From Acidobacteriota bacterium (GTDB lineage: Bacteria; Acidobacteriota; Terriglobia; Bryobacterales; Bryobacteraceae): a stretch of DNA of 64,000 bases. The DNA lies in the NCBI GenBank assembly GCA_947470805.1, contig CANIVU010000029.1:1583-65582 (forward strand), read 5' to 3'. Positions 48,080 through 58,362 of the stretch are shown piece after piece; the stretch's first letter is position 1; each line of letters begins with the position of its first letter. The notes under the pieces were generated by a model. That model worked only from the letters and a program-made list of their open reading frames with translations. It was not told the origin of the DNA and did not search any database. The translations under genes were made by a program, and so were the position numbers.

Positions 48080-48089
48080 ATCAGCCCCG

Positions 48090-49223
48090 CTACTTCAGCC
48101 ACCGGTCGAACCACGCAAACGCGTCGCGCTGCATGTCGGCGTCGAACTTGTGCGGCCCCGGATAGAACCCGCACTTATACTTCTCCGGCGCCCCGGCTTT
48201 CTTGTAGATCTCACCCAGCATCCGGTCGGCCCGTTCCATCTCGGAAAGAGTAAACAGCCGGTCCTGGCTGTTGTTCAGAACCATCGCCGCGGCCGGCACG
48301 TTTAACCCCAGAATCTCCGGATAGTCCAGGTCCAACGGCAACCCCGGCACGTAGCACATCCACGTGTGCGTATAGCACTTATTCAGTAGATAGTCCCGCC
48401 ACGTGGTCATCATCCCCGCCGCGCAGGACACCTTAATCCGCGGGTCCAACCCCGACAACATCACCGCCCGCAATCCGCCGCCCGACAACCCGCAACACCC
48501 CACGCGCTCCGCATCCACGTCCGGCCGCGCGCACAGATAATCCAATGCCCGCTGGTCTTCGTAGCTGAACACGCCCGGCCACGTCAGCCCCGCGCTGAAC
48601 AGGCTCTTGGCCATGATGTGCTCATGCTGCGCCGCAAACTGGTTGTACTTCTCAATCTCTTCGTTGGACTCCGGGTCGCGCTCCGCCAGGTTCCCCTTCA
48701 CGCCATCCGCCAGGTCCGCCGCCCGCACGCGCCGGCTACCGAAGCCAAACGAATCGTGCACCAGCACCGCATACCCACGGCGCGCCAACTCATTCACCCA
48801 CGCCTTCCCGCTGTAGTAAAGCGCCTGATGCTTGACCATCAGCGGGTGCGGATCCTTGGTCGACATCGTGATCTTCCGCACGCCGAAATACTTGTTCCCG
48901 CCGTGATCGTGCAGGCCCACCACGCCCGGCAACTTCCCCTTCGCGCCCAGCGGCTTCAACAGCACCGCCTCCGTCGGCGGCCCATAGGACAACTGCCAAC
49001 TCAAATGTTCAATCGATAACCCGTCAAACTCCTGCGCATGCTGCACCGTCACCTGCGGCACACCCGCCGGCCCCGGCGGCAGCAATAGCTCGGTAAACCG
49101 AGCCCGAGCCCGCCGCTTCCACGCAGCCACGTCCTTGAACTCCGGCCGCCGGAACGACAGCCGCGGCGGGTCCGCCGCAATCCGCGACGCCCAGTCGCCG
49201 TAAGCTCCAATCATCGATGGCAT
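48090..49223 (-). CDS. Dienelactone hydrolase-like alpha/beta hydrolase
   Basis: LHDHGGNKYFG, ALDYL..RPDVD, GLSGGG, PGPHKF; start ATG 49223. Confidence 0.85.
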   Translation of the reverse strand: MPSMIGAYGDWASRIAADPPRLSFRRPEFKDVAAWKRRARARFTELLLPPGPAGVPQVTVQHAQEFDGLSIEHLSWQLSYGPPTEAVLLKPLGAKGKLPGVVGLHDHGGNKYFGVRKITMSTKDPHPLMVKHQALYYSGKAWVNELARRGYAVLVHDSFGFGSRRVRAADLADGVKGNLAERDPESNEEIEKYNQFAAQHEHIMAKSLFSAGLTWPGVFSYEDQRALDYLCARPDVDAERVGCCGLSGGGLRAVMLSGLDPRIKVSCAAGMMTTWRDYLLNKCYTHTWMCYVPGLPLDLDYPEILGLNVPAAAMVLNNSQDRLFTLSEMERADRMLGEIYKKAGAPEKYKCGFYPGPHKFDADMQRDAFAWFDRWLK

Positions 49224-49232
49224 GCCAACAAT

Positions 49233-49288
49233 CTTAATCCCCGGCGGGCGCCAGCGCAGGCTTAATCCCCGGCGGGCGCCAGCGCAGG
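49233..49288. repeat. Exact 28 bp tandem duplication covering the 3' end and stop of the RND gene
   Basis: CTTAATCCCCGGCGGGCGCCAGCGCAGG at 49233-49260 and 49261-49288. Confidence 0.95.
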
Positions 49289-52200
49289 TTGCCCCGCCCC
49301 GGGCCGCGACGAAGGCCGCGCGCCGGCAAGCCGCGTCTGCACCTTCGCCAGATACAAATACACCACCGGCGTCAGATACAAAGTAATGAACTGGGAAAAC
49401 ACCAATCCACCGACCACGCACAACCCCAGCGGCCGCCGCGCTTCTCCGCCCGCGCCTTGTCCCAGCGCAATCGGCAACGCACCCAGCAAGGCGCACATCG
49501 TCGTCATCATGATCGGCCGGAACCGGATCAAACAGCCCTGATAAATCGCATCGTACGGCGATTGCCCCTGCACACGCTCCGCCTCCAGCGCGAAGTCGAT
49601 CTGCATAATCGCGTTCTTCTTCACAATCCCGATCAGCAAAATCAAACCTACGAAAGAGTAGATGTTCAGATCCAGGTTGAACAGATACAGCGTCAGCAGC
49701 GCCCCAAACCCGGCCGAGGGCAACCCCGACAGAATCGTCAACGGGTGAATAAAGCTCTCATACAGAATCCCCAGCACCAGATACACCACAAAAATGGCCA
49801 CAAACAGCAGCAGCATCAGGTTCTTCGATGACTGCTGAAACGCCTGCGCTGTGCCCTGGAACGTTCGGCTCACCGTCGCCGGCAACGTTCGGTCCGCCAG
49901 GTCTTCAATCTGCTTCACCGCATCGCCCAACGAAGCCCCGGGGCTCAAATTAAACGCCAGCGTCACCGCCGTCAACTGCCCGTAGTGATTAATCGCCTGC
50001 GGCCCGGCCTTCGGCTCCATCTTCGCTACGGCGTCAATCGGCACCAGATTCCCATCCGTCGAACGCACATACAAATTCGACACCTCGCTCGGATCGGACT
50101 GGAATCCACGCTCCACTTCCAACAGCACGCGGTACTGGTTGTCCGGCGCGTAGATCGTAGAAATCCACCGCGGCCCGTAGGCGTCAAACAGCGCGTTCTC
50201 AATCTGCTCCGGAGTAACATGCAGCGTCGCGGCCTTATCCCGGTCGATCTCCACATGTAGCTCCGGATTCTTGATCTGCAAATCCGTAGTTACATCGACG
50301 ACACCCGGAATCTTCGCCATCTCTTTTTCCATCTCCGGAATGCTCTTGTACAACGTCGCCGTATCGCCGCTCAGCAGCGTGTACTGGTACAGGCTTTTCG
50401 TCAGCGATCCACCAATGCGAATGCTGGGCGGGTTCTGCAAAAACGCCCGCAGATTCGGGTCGCTGTTCAGCTTCGGCCGCAGCCGCGCCATCACCGCGTC
50501 CACGCTCTCCTTACGCTCGTGAATCGGCTTCAAATGGAAGAACAGACGTCCAAAGTTCGGCCCGTTATTCGACACCGCGCCCGAAGTTCCACCCATGCCG
50601 CTGAAGAACGCCTCCACCGCCGGATCTTTCTTCGCGATCTCGGCCATCTTCTGCACGTTGGCCATCATCTGTGAGTGCGAAGTGCCCTGCGGCGCCTCAA
50701 TGATCGTCAGAATCTGCCCGGTATCTTCGCTCGGAATGAATCCTTTCGGCACTAACTGGAACAAGTAAACAGTCCCGCCCAGAATCGCGAAGGAAAACAG
50801 TAACATCGCAAACCGGTGCCGTAGCGTCCACAACAGGCTCCGGTCGTACACTCGCAGCATCCAGTCAAAAATGCCCTCGGTGAAGTTATACAGCTTCCCG
50901 TGTTCGCCATGATGCGCCTGCAGGAACCGGGCCGAGAGCATCGGCGTCAAAGTTACCGACACAAAGCCCGACACCAGAATCGCCACCACAATCGTCACAG
51001 AGAACTCCCGGAACAGCCGGCCCAGAATCCCGCCCATGAACAACAGCGGAATAAATACGGCCGCCAGCGAAATCGTCATCGAAACAATCGTGAAGCTCAC
51101 CTCACGTGCGCCCTCGTAGGCGGCCCGCATTGGCGGCACGCCGTCTTCCATGTGCCGCACGATATTCTCAAGCACCACAATGGCATCGTCCACAACGAAC
51201 CCGATTGCCAGAATCAGCGCCATCATCGACAGATTGTCCAGGCTGTAGTTGCACAGATACATTACCGAAAATGTGCCCAGCACCGCAATCGGCAGGGCCA
51301 GCGACGGAATCACCGTGGCCGAGAAATTCCGCAGGAACAGGAAGATCACCATGATCACCAGCCCCAGCGTCAGGAACATCGTGAACTGCACGTCTTCAAA
51401 CGATTCGCGAATCGTCGCCGCACGGTCGGTCAGGATCCCCAACTTCACCGTCGGCGGCAGCGCCGCATTGAACTGCGGGAACAGCGCCTTCACGCCGTCG
51501 GCCACCTCCACCGCATTCGTACCCGGCTGCCGCAACACCGCCAGCACCAACGCCCGCTGGCTCTCGGTCGGCGTGTTGAACCACGACGCGGCCTTGTCAT
51601 CTTCCACGCTGTCGATCACCGTAGCGATCTCATCCAGCCGTACCGGCGCCCCGCCGGAATAGGCCACAATCATCGGCTTGTACGACTCGGCGTCCACCAG
51701 TTGGCCCGTCGCGTGGATCGTCACCATCTGGTCTTTCCCATACAGCGTACCCGTCGGAATGTTCACGTTGTGCTTCCGGATCGCCGTCTCAACTTCGTCA
51801 ATCCCAATATGGCGCGACGCCAGCGCATCCGGGTTCACCTGAATCCGCACAGCGTACTTCTGCGCACCCATTACCTGCACCTGCGCCACGCCCGGCACCA
51901 TCGACATCCGCTGCGCCATCATCGTGTCGGCATACTCGTGCAGCTTATAGAGCGGCATAGATTTCGACGTGATGGTCATGTACAGCACCGGCTGGTCGGC
52001 CGGATTCACTTTCTTGAACGTCGGCGGATTCGGCATCCCCGGCGGCAACAACGGCGAGGCCTGCGTAATCGCCGCCTGCACGTCCTGTGCCGCCGCATCC
52101 AAATCACGGCTCAACGCAAACTGCAGCGTCACCGACGTCGAACCCAGCGCGCTCACCGAGTTCATCGAATCCAGACCTTCAATGGTCGAAAACTGCCTTT

Positions 52201-52429
52201 CCAACGGCGTTGCCACCGCCGATGCCATCGTCTCGGGATTTGCGCCCGGCACGCTCGCGCTCACCACCAGCGTAGGCAAGTCCACATTCGGCAAATCGCT
52301 CACTGGTAGAAACTTGTACGCTACCAAACCGAAAATCGTAATCGCCGTCATGATCAGCGTCGTCGCCACCGACCGCTGAATGAACAACCCCGTAAAACCG
52401 CCGCCCTTATATGAGGATCCTAAGTTCAC
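49262..52429 (-). CDS. RND efflux transporter permease (MdtB/MdtC-like)
   Basis: ATPLERQ, GFVVDDAIVVLEN, GIVKKNAIM, RFRPIMMTT. Confidence 0.95.
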   Translation of the reverse strand: MNLGSSYKGGGFTGLFIQRSVATTLIMTAITIFGLVAYKFLPVSDLPNVDLPTLVVSASVPGANPETMASAVATPLERQFSTIEGLDSMNSVSALGSTSVTLQFALSRDLDAAAQDVQAAITQASPLLPPGMPNPPTFKKVNPADQPVLYMTITSKSMPLYKLHEYADTMMAQRMSMVPGVAQVQVMGAQKYAVRIQVNPDALASRHIGIDEVETAIRKHNVNIPTGTLYGKDQMVTIHATGQLVDAESYKPMIVAYSGGAPVRLDEIATVIDSVEDDKAASWFNTPTESQRALVLAVLRQPGTNAVEVADGVKALFPQFNAALPPTVKLGILTDRAATIRESFEDVQFTMFLTLGLVIMVIFLFLRNFSATVIPSLALPIAVLGTFSVMYLCNYSLDNLSMMALILAIGFVVDDAIVVLENIVRHMEDGVPPMRAAYEGAREVSFTIVSMTISLAAVFIPLLFMGGILGRLFREFSVTIVVAILVSGFVSVTLTPMLSARFLQAHHGEHGKLYNFTEGIFDWMLRVYDRSLLWTLRHRFAMLLFSFAILGGTVYLFQLVPKGFIPSEDTGQILTIIEAPQGTSHSQMMANVQKMAEIAKKDPAVEAFFSGMGGTSGAVSNNGPNFGRLFFHLKPIHERKESVDAVMARLRPKLNSDPNLRAFLQNPPSIRIGGSLTKSLYQYTLLSGDTATLYKSIPEMEKEMAKIPGVVDVTTDLQIKNPELHVEIDRDKAATLHVTPEQIENALFDAYGPRWISTIYAPDNQYRVLLEVERGFQSDPSEVSNLYVRSTDGNLVPIDAVAKMEPKAGPQAINHYGQLTAVTLAFNLSPGASLGDAVKQIEDLADRTLPATVSRTFQGTAQAFQQSSKNLMLLLFVAIFVVYLVLGILYESFIHPLTILSGLPSAGFGALLTLYLFNLDLNIYSFVGLILLIGIVKKNAIMQIDFALEAERVQGQSPYDAIYQGCLIRFRPIMMTTMCALLGALPIALGQGAGGEARRPLGLCVVGGLVFSQFITLYLTPVVYLYLAKVQTRLAGARPSSRPGAGQPALAPAGD

Positions 52430-53613
52430 GATGCGGCCTTCACTTTCATCCCCGGCGCCAAACGCAACTGCCCTTCCACCACCACCTGCTCCCCGCTCTT
52501 CAACCCGGACTCGATCGCCACATCCCTGTCCGCCCTCGTGCCGATCTTCACCGGCCGCATTTCCACTGTCTGCTGCGGCGTCAACACATACACGTAGTTG
52601 CCGGTTTGGCTATTCTGCAACGCCGCCGCCGGGATTACCACCGCGCCCTCCTGCTGCTCCAGCAGCACCTTCACATGCACAAACTGCCCCGGCCACAACC
52701 GCGTCTCCGCATTCGGAAAGGTGGCCTTCAACTTAATCGTTCCCGTCGCCGCCTCCACCGAGTTATCCATAAACGTAATCGTCCCGCGCGAATCCGGCAA
52801 CGTGTCGCCAGGGATCGAGGCACTCACAGCCAAACCGCCCCGCTTCATCCGCTCCCGCAGAACAATCAGTTTTGCTTCCGGAACCGTGAACGCCACATAC
52901 GCCGGCTGCACCTGGTGAATCGTCACCATGTCGGAATCCCCGGCCTTCACCACGTTCCCCACCTTGATCCGCACATCGCCCGTCCGCCCCGTAATCTGCG
53001 CCTTCATGCTGCAATAGCTCAACTGCAACCGCGCATTGTCCAGCGCCGCAATGTCCGATTGAATCGTGGCCTTAATGCTGTCAATCGCCGCCGTCACCGC
53101 CCGCACATTCGTCCGTCGCGCCCGCGCTTCCACCGCCGCCTGGTCGGCCTGCTCCTGCGAAACAATGCCCTCTTTGGCCAGCTTCTCGTAGCGCGTCGCC
53201 TGCATTCCGTAGAACGCTTCCTGCGCCTGCGCGCTTGCCAACTGCGCCTCCGATTGCGCCTGCAACGCCCGGTCCCGCGCCAGCGTCGCCTCCCACTGCT
53301 TCACCGACTCCTGGTGCGTCCGCGGGTCGATCTCAAACAACGGATCCCCCTTCTTCACCGTATCGCCTTCTGTGAAATAGGCCTTGATCACCGTCCCGCC
53401 AATGATCGGCTTCACCTGCACCGAATTCATCGACTCCACTTTGCCGATGGTCTTAATCTCCACCGGCACGCTCCGCACCGTTGCCGTTGCGAACTTCACC
53501 GCTGTTGCCGGCGGCGCGGGGTTACCCGCCGCCGCGGCCGTCGGCTCCGTCTTCGTACAACCTGCCAGCGCCAGCACGCCCGCCGCCAACGCGGTGTTCT
53601 TCCAGAATCTCAT
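52426..53613 (-). CDS. RND efflux periplasmic adaptor lipoprotein (MdtA-like)
   Basis: Lipobox LAGC, GDTVKKGDPLFEIDP, TGTIKLKA.F.N, LWPGQFV. Confidence 0.93.
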   Translation of the reverse strand: MRFWKNTALAAGVLALAGCTKTEPTAAAAGNPAPPATAVKFATATVRSVPVEIKTIGKVESMNSVQVKPIIGGTVIKAYFTEGDTVKKGDPLFEIDPRTHQESVKQWEATLARDRALQAQSEAQLASAQAQEAFYGMQATRYEKLAKEGIVSQEQADQAAVEARARRTNVRAVTAAIDSIKATIQSDIAALDNARLQLSYCSMKAQITGRTGDVRIKVGNVVKAGDSDMVTIHQVQPAYVAFTVPEAKLIVLRERMKRGGLAVSASIPGDTLPDSRGTITFMDNSVEAATGTIKLKATFPNAETRLWPGQFVHVKVLLEQQEGAVVIPAAALQNSQTGNYVYVLTPQQTVEMRPVKIGTRADRDVAIESGLKSGEQVVVEGQLRLAPGMKVKAAS

Positions 53614-54227
53614 TTGCTTCCGATGCCTTTCCAGACAAACTCATACAATGTCGCAATAGGAACTTCCGGCGCCTCCCCGGCCCCGTGAAGAATATTTTGC
53701 GCCAACGCGGCGCGGATCAGGTCGTAGATCATTCGTGCGGTGCGCGGCACGTCGAACGGTCGTAATTGCCCCTGCGCAATCCCGTCAGCCAGGACGGATT
53801 CCAGCAACTTGGCCTGCTGCTCATACAGATCCTGAAATTCGGGCTGGCTGTTGGCCGTCCCCGCAATCAGGTGCGAAAACTCAGTGTAATAGATTCGGAA
53901 GAACTCCCGGTTGCGCGAAAAATATTGGAACCGTCCGGCGATAAAGGAGTGCAACTTTCCCTCACACGAATCGGCCGCCTCCATCTCCGCCACAACCTCG
54001 GCGTGCAGAGCTAAAACGCCTTCCCGTAGCGATGCCAGAAACAGTTCCCGCTTCGATTCGAAGTACAGGTAAACCGTCCCTTTTGCCACTCCCGCCGCCA
54101 GCGCGATCGCATCGATCGTCGCCCCCGAAAAGCCCCGCTGCGCAAACACTGTCCGCGCCGCGTCCAGAATCTCCGCCGTTCGGAATTCCAGCAATACATC
54201 TTTCTTGGTCTTCCCGGCTATTGCCAT
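53610..54227 (-). CDS. TetR/AcrR family transcriptional regulator
   Basis: ILDAARTVFAQRGF...IA..AGVAKGTVYLYFESK. Confidence 0.93.
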   Translation of the reverse strand: MAIAGKTKKDVLLEFRTAEILDAARTVFAQRGFSGATIDAIALAAGVAKGTVYLYFESKRELFLASLREGVLALHAEVVAEMEAADSCEGKLHSFIAGRFQYFSRNREFFRIYYTEFSHLIAGTANSQPEFQDLYEQQAKLLESVLADGIAQGQLRPFDVPRTARMIYDLIRAALAQNILHGAGEAPEVPIATLYEFVWKGIGSK

Positions 54228-54233
54228 TGACCA

Positions 54234-54262
54234 AGAATACAGTCCACTGACCGGCCAGTCAA
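54234..54262 (-). promoter_or_regulatory. Sigma70 promoter of the tetR-RND operon with an overlapping palindromic operator
   Basis: Minus strand TTGACT-17 nt-TATTCT-6 nt-ATG; near-palindrome TGACCGGCCAGTCA at 54248-54261. Confidence 0.75.
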
Positions 54263-54287
54263 CTCGCAAATGTCACATACTAGCCCT

Positions 54288-54860
54288 GTGCCGCAGACCG
54301 ACACCAATGTCACCCAACTCCTCAGCCGCTGGAGCGCCGGCGACCCCGCCGCCCTGCAAGCACTCATCCCCCTCGTCTACGCCGAACTTCGCCGCCTCGC
54401 CGCCGGCAACCTCGCCCGCGAACGCGCTGGCCACACCCTCCAACCCACCGCCCTCGTCCACGAAGCCTACCTCCGCCTCGTCCAGCAGCATTCCGTCGAT
54501 TTCGACAGCCGCCTGAAATTCTATGCCGCCGCCGCCCAGATGATGCGCCGTGTCCTCTGCGACCGTGCCCGTCACCGCAACGCCAAGAAGCGCGGGGACG
54601 GCGCCACCCATCTCACCATCGATCTCGAAATTCCAGACCATCCTCAACCGGAAACCGTCGACCTCGAACGCCTCGACGCCGCCCTCTCCCAGCTCGAACA
54701 ACTCGATCCCCGCAAGGTCCGCATCGTCGAACTCCGCTACTTCGCCGGCCTCTCCATTGCCGACGCCGCCGTCACTCTCGCGCTCTCCCTGGCCACCATC
54801 AAACGCGAATGGTCCGTCGCCCGCGCCTGGCTCGCCAGCCGCCTCCGCGCCGAATCGTGA
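54288..54860 (+). CDS. ECF sigma factor, TIGR02999-type (alternative start 54270)
   Basis: VTQLL..W..GD..A, LVYAELRRLA, HTLQPTALVHEAYLRL, VELRYFAGLS. Confidence 0.93.
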   Translation: MPQTDTNVTQLLSRWSAGDPAALQALIPLVYAELRRLAAGNLARERAGHTLQPTALVHEAYLRLVQQHSVDFDSRLKFYAAAAQMMRRVLCDRARHRNAKKRGDGATHLTIDLEIPDHPQPETVDLERLDAALSQLEQLDPRKVRIVELRYFAGLSIADAAVTLALSLATIKREWSVARAWLASRLRAES

Positions 54861-54885
54861 GCCACTTCTGAACTTCTTTCGCGAT
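54858..54885 (+). promoter_or_regulatory. Candidate ECF-dependent promoter of the FG-GAP protein gene
   Basis: TGAGCCACTT...CTTCTTTCGCGAT 7 nt before ATG; resembles 13627-13655. Confidence 0.45.
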
Positions 54886-54892
54886 AAGAGAT

Positions 54893-55945
54893 ATGAGAAA
54901 TCTAATCCTGATCGCCATCGCCGCCGCCACCCTCCAAGCCGCTCCCACTTTCCAAGGCCAGATCACCTCCAACGTCACCAATTTCGGCGGATCGGTGGCC
55001 ACCGACGGCTCCACTCTCGCCGTCGGTTCTTTCTCCAGCGTCGATTTCTATCGGTGGGATGGAAAGACATGGATCTTCAATTCCCGCGTAGCCGTCCCCG
55101 CCTTCACCGTTGGGTTGGCCGTGTACAAAACCTCAGCCGTCGGCAAGCACGCCAATGGCGCCTACGCCTTCGAGTTCAACGGCACTACCTGGTCCCTCAC
55201 ACAATCGCTCGCCCTCGCCGACGGCTTCGGCACCTACGGCGGCACAATTATCTCGCTCCTTAACAACACCGCCGTCATCGGCGCGCCCAATATCTCTAAT
55301 GGCCGCGGCCAGGCTTACGTCCTAGCCCGCGCCACCCCGGGCACGCCCTGGAGCCTCGTTCAAACCCTCTTCGCCCAGACGTCCAACCCTGACAACTACG
55401 GCATCTCCGTGGCGTTAGGCGCCGTTGGAACAACACGGTATCTCCTCGTCGGCGCCAGCATGTTCAATAATGCCAGTGGCGTCGTATACGCCTACCTGCA
55501 GAACGGCTCGACGTTCACGATCGCCGGCGTCATCCCCAGCCCCGCCTCGGGGACGGCCCGTTTTGGTCAAACCATCGCCGCCGCGGGAACCAACACGCTG
55601 GTTGGCGCCCCGGCCAATCTCGGCTTCTCCGGCTCGGCCCACCTCTACTCGATTGCCTTCCCGAGCGGGCAACTGGCCGCGACAGCCACTTCCTACCTCA
55701 CCTCGCCCGGATTGACGTTATACGGGACCGGACTCGCCCTCACCAGCACCTACGCCCTCATCGCCAGTCGCGACACGCTCGACTGGCATCCAGTCATCAG
55801 CGGCTCGCTCGGAATCGCCACCCATCTCCAAGTCCCGGCTCATAGCTCCGGCTGGGGCGTAGCGCTCGCCTCCGCCTCCGGCCAGACCTTCGTCGCCGAC
55901 TACGGAGCCTTCAACAATGCCGGCGCAGTAAGTTGGTACAGATAA
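54893..55945 (+). CDS. Secreted FG-GAP repeat (integrin-like beta-propeller) protein
   Basis: Signal peptide; repeats FGGSVA, VIGAP..GQAYV, YGISVAL..VGA..GVVY, FGQTIA..VGAP..GSAHLY. Confidence 0.8.
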   Translation: MRNLILIAIAAATLQAAPTFQGQITSNVTNFGGSVATDGSTLAVGSFSSVDFYRWDGKTWIFNSRVAVPAFTVGLAVYKTSAVGKHANGAYAFEFNGTTWSLTQSLALADGFGTYGGTIISLLNNTAVIGAPNISNGRGQAYVLARATPGTPWSLVQTLFAQTSNPDNYGISVALGAVGTTRYLLVGASMFNNASGVVYAYLQNGSTFTIAGVIPSPASGTARFGQTIAAAGTNTLVGAPANLGFSGSAHLYSIAFPSGQLAATATSYLTSPGLTLYGTGLALTSTYALIASRDTLDWHPVISGSLGIATHLQVPAHSSGWGVALASASGQTFVADYGAFNNAGAVSWYR

Positions 55946-56004
55946 TCACCACTAACTCGTTGCATCAGCTATCCTGACATTCAACTGTCAGTCGGAGGGA
56001 TTCG

Positions 56005-58356
56005 TTGGCCGCAAACGAAGGAACGAACAACACCTGGAACCAGGTAGAAGATTTGTTTGCCGAAGCGGTCACAATGCCGGTGGCCGCCAGAGGCCCCTGG
56101 TTGAACGAGCAGTGCGCCCAGGATAGCGACACCCACTCCCAGGTACTCGCCCTCCTTGCCGCCCACGAACAACAGGGAGACTTCCTCCAGGCCCCCATGC
56201 TCGACTTCCGCGGCCAGTCCTTCGGCGCCTACAAAGCCACCGACGAGATCGGCCGCGGCGGTATGAGCGTCGTCTACAAGGGCGAACGCTCCGATGGCGA
56301 CTTCCAAAAACACGTCGCCATCAAAGTCGTCCTGGTCCAGTCCCACGCCTCTATCCAATTCGGCGAAACCCAAATCCTCGCCGCCCTCGAACACCACAAC
56401 ATCGCCCGCCTCATGGACGCCGGCTCCACGCCGCTCGGCTTCCGCTACCTGCTCATGGAGTACGTCGAAGGCCAGCCCTGCACCGCCTTCGCCTCCGCCC
56501 TCAACGAAAAACAGAAGCTCCGCCTCTTCCTCCAAATGTGCGCCGGCGTCCAATACGCCCATCGCTCCCTCGTCGTCCATCGCGATCTCAAACCCGACAA
56601 CATCCTCGTCACCCCCGACGGCACCGTCAAACTCCTCGACTTCGGCATCGCCAAACTCCTCACCCCCGACGCCACGGACGCCCAAACGAAAGGCGTGCAA
56701 GCTTACACGCCCGATTACGCCAGCCCCGAACAGATCCTGGGCCAACCCGTCACCACCGCCACCGATATCTACTCCCTCGGCGTCCTGCTCTGCGAACTCC
56801 TCTCCTCCCGCCGCCCCCGCTCCCTCACCGGCCTAACTAACGAAGAAATCGTCACCCGCGCCAAGACCGAAGAAATCACCCAACTCCCCCTCTCCGGCGA
56901 CCTCGCCATCATCGCCCGCAAAGCTCTCCGCCGCGATCCTGCCGAACGCTATGAATCCGCCGGCGCCCTCGCCCGCGACGTCGAACGCTACCTCGACGGC
57001 ATGCCCATCGAAGCCCGCGAACCCTCATGGTCCTACCGCGCCTCAAAGTTCATCTCCCGCAATAAAATTGCCGTCTTTGCCGCCACCCTCGCCGTCGCCG
57101 GCCTGGCCATCGCCACCGGCGTCGCCATCTGGCAGGCCCGCCTTGCCGCTACCCGCTTTGAACAGGTCCGCACCCTCGCCCGCTCGGTCATGTTCGATCT
57201 CCACGACGCCGTCAAGCCCCTCCCCGGTTCCCTGCCCGCCCGCAAGATCATTGTCGATCGCTCCCTCGTATACCTCGAAGCCCTCGCCAACGACACCAAT
57301 GCCGCGGACGATGTTCAACTCGACGTCGCCCGCGGCTTCCTCCGCCTCTCCGACATCCAGGGCAAGGACTACGGCGGCGCCAGCCTCGGCCAATCCGGCG
57401 AGGCAGTGACCATGGCCGCCCGTGCCGTCGAAGTCGCCAACCGCGTCGCCACCCGTAGCCCCAAAAACATCGCCGCACGCCAACTCCTGGTCGATGCCCT
57501 CGACTACAACACCACCGCCCACAACATCCGCGGCGAAACCGACAAAGCCCTCGCCCTCGCCCAAACCAACCTGCAGATCGCCACCAACCTCCCCCCCGCC
57601 CTCGAAAACAAAGACCGCCTCGCCACCACCTACAAGCAACTCGCCGCCGTCTACGAGGAAAAGCGCGACTTCCCCAACGCCATCCCCAAATACCTTCAGG
57701 CCCTCCAACTCCGCCAGGAACTCTACAACACCACCCCCGACGACCTGCCCCGCCTCCAGCGCCTCGCCGAAGCCAATCAGTGGCTCGGCAGCTCCTACGG
57801 CCGCCAGAAAGACTACCCCAACGCCGGCATCTACGCCAAAGAAGCCCTCCGCCTCGATGAACTCCGTTACCAGAAGGATCCCCGCGGCGCCCGGCCCAAC
57901 ATCGCCAGCGACGCCGTTCTCTACTCCCTCTCCGAACGCCGCGCCGGCCGTATCGACCAATCCGTCGCCCTCCTTCGCCGCGCTCTGGCAGTGCGCCAGG
58001 AAATCGCCGCCGAAGACCCATCCAGCGTCATCGCCACCTTGCGCGTTGCCTCCAGCAAGGAACGCCTCGCCGACGCGCTTCGCGAAGCCAAACAGTACCC
58101 CGAAGCCATCCACCTCGGCGAAGAATCCCTCAAATTAACCCGTCAAATCCATGAAAAGGACCTCAACAACGTCGCCGTCAACCGCGAGATGGTCTACGCC
58201 CACCTCGACCTCGCCCTCGCCTACACCGCCGTAAACAACAAGCCCCGCGCCTGCGCCATCGTCGCCGATCTCGTCCGCTTCGACCAACCCTCCGTCAAAG
58301 GCATCCACCCCGCTACCGATAAGGAAATCGCCAAAGCCCGCGCTCTCTGTAAGTAG
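56005..58356 (+). CDS. Hanks-type Ser/Thr protein kinase with TM helix and TPR repeats
   Basis: IGRGGMSVVY, HRDLKPDN, DFGIAK, TPDYASPEQ, DIYSLG; TTG start uncertain. Confidence 0.93.
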   Translation: MAANEGTNNTWNQVEDLFAEAVTMPVAARGPWLNEQCAQDSDTHSQVLALLAAHEQQGDFLQAPMLDFRGQSFGAYKATDEIGRGGMSVVYKGERSDGDFQKHVAIKVVLVQSHASIQFGETQILAALEHHNIARLMDAGSTPLGFRYLLMEYVEGQPCTAFASALNEKQKLRLFLQMCAGVQYAHRSLVVHRDLKPDNILVTPDGTVKLLDFGIAKLLTPDATDAQTKGVQAYTPDYASPEQILGQPVTTATDIYSLGVLLCELLSSRRPRSLTGLTNEEIVTRAKTEEITQLPLSGDLAIIARKALRRDPAERYESAGALARDVERYLDGMPIEAREPSWSYRASKFISRNKIAVFAATLAVAGLAIATGVAIWQARLAATRFEQVRTLARSVMFDLHDAVKPLPGSLPARKIIVDRSLVYLEALANDTNAADDVQLDVARGFLRLSDIQGKDYGGASLGQSGEAVTMAARAVEVANRVATRSPKNIAARQLLVDALDYNTTAHNIRGETDKALALAQTNLQIATNLPPALENKDRLATTYKQLAAVYEEKRDFPNAIPKYLQALQLRQELYNTTPDDLPRLQRLAEANQWLGSSYGRQKDYPNAGIYAKEALRLDELRYQKDPRGARPNIASDAVLYSLSERRAGRIDQSVALLRRALAVRQEIAAEDPSSVIATLRVASSKERLADALREAKQYPEAIHLGEESLKLTRQIHEKDLNNVAVNREMVYAHLDLALAYTAVNNKPRACAIVADLVRFDQPSVKGIHPATDKEIAKARALCK

Positions 58357-58362
58357 TCCGGC

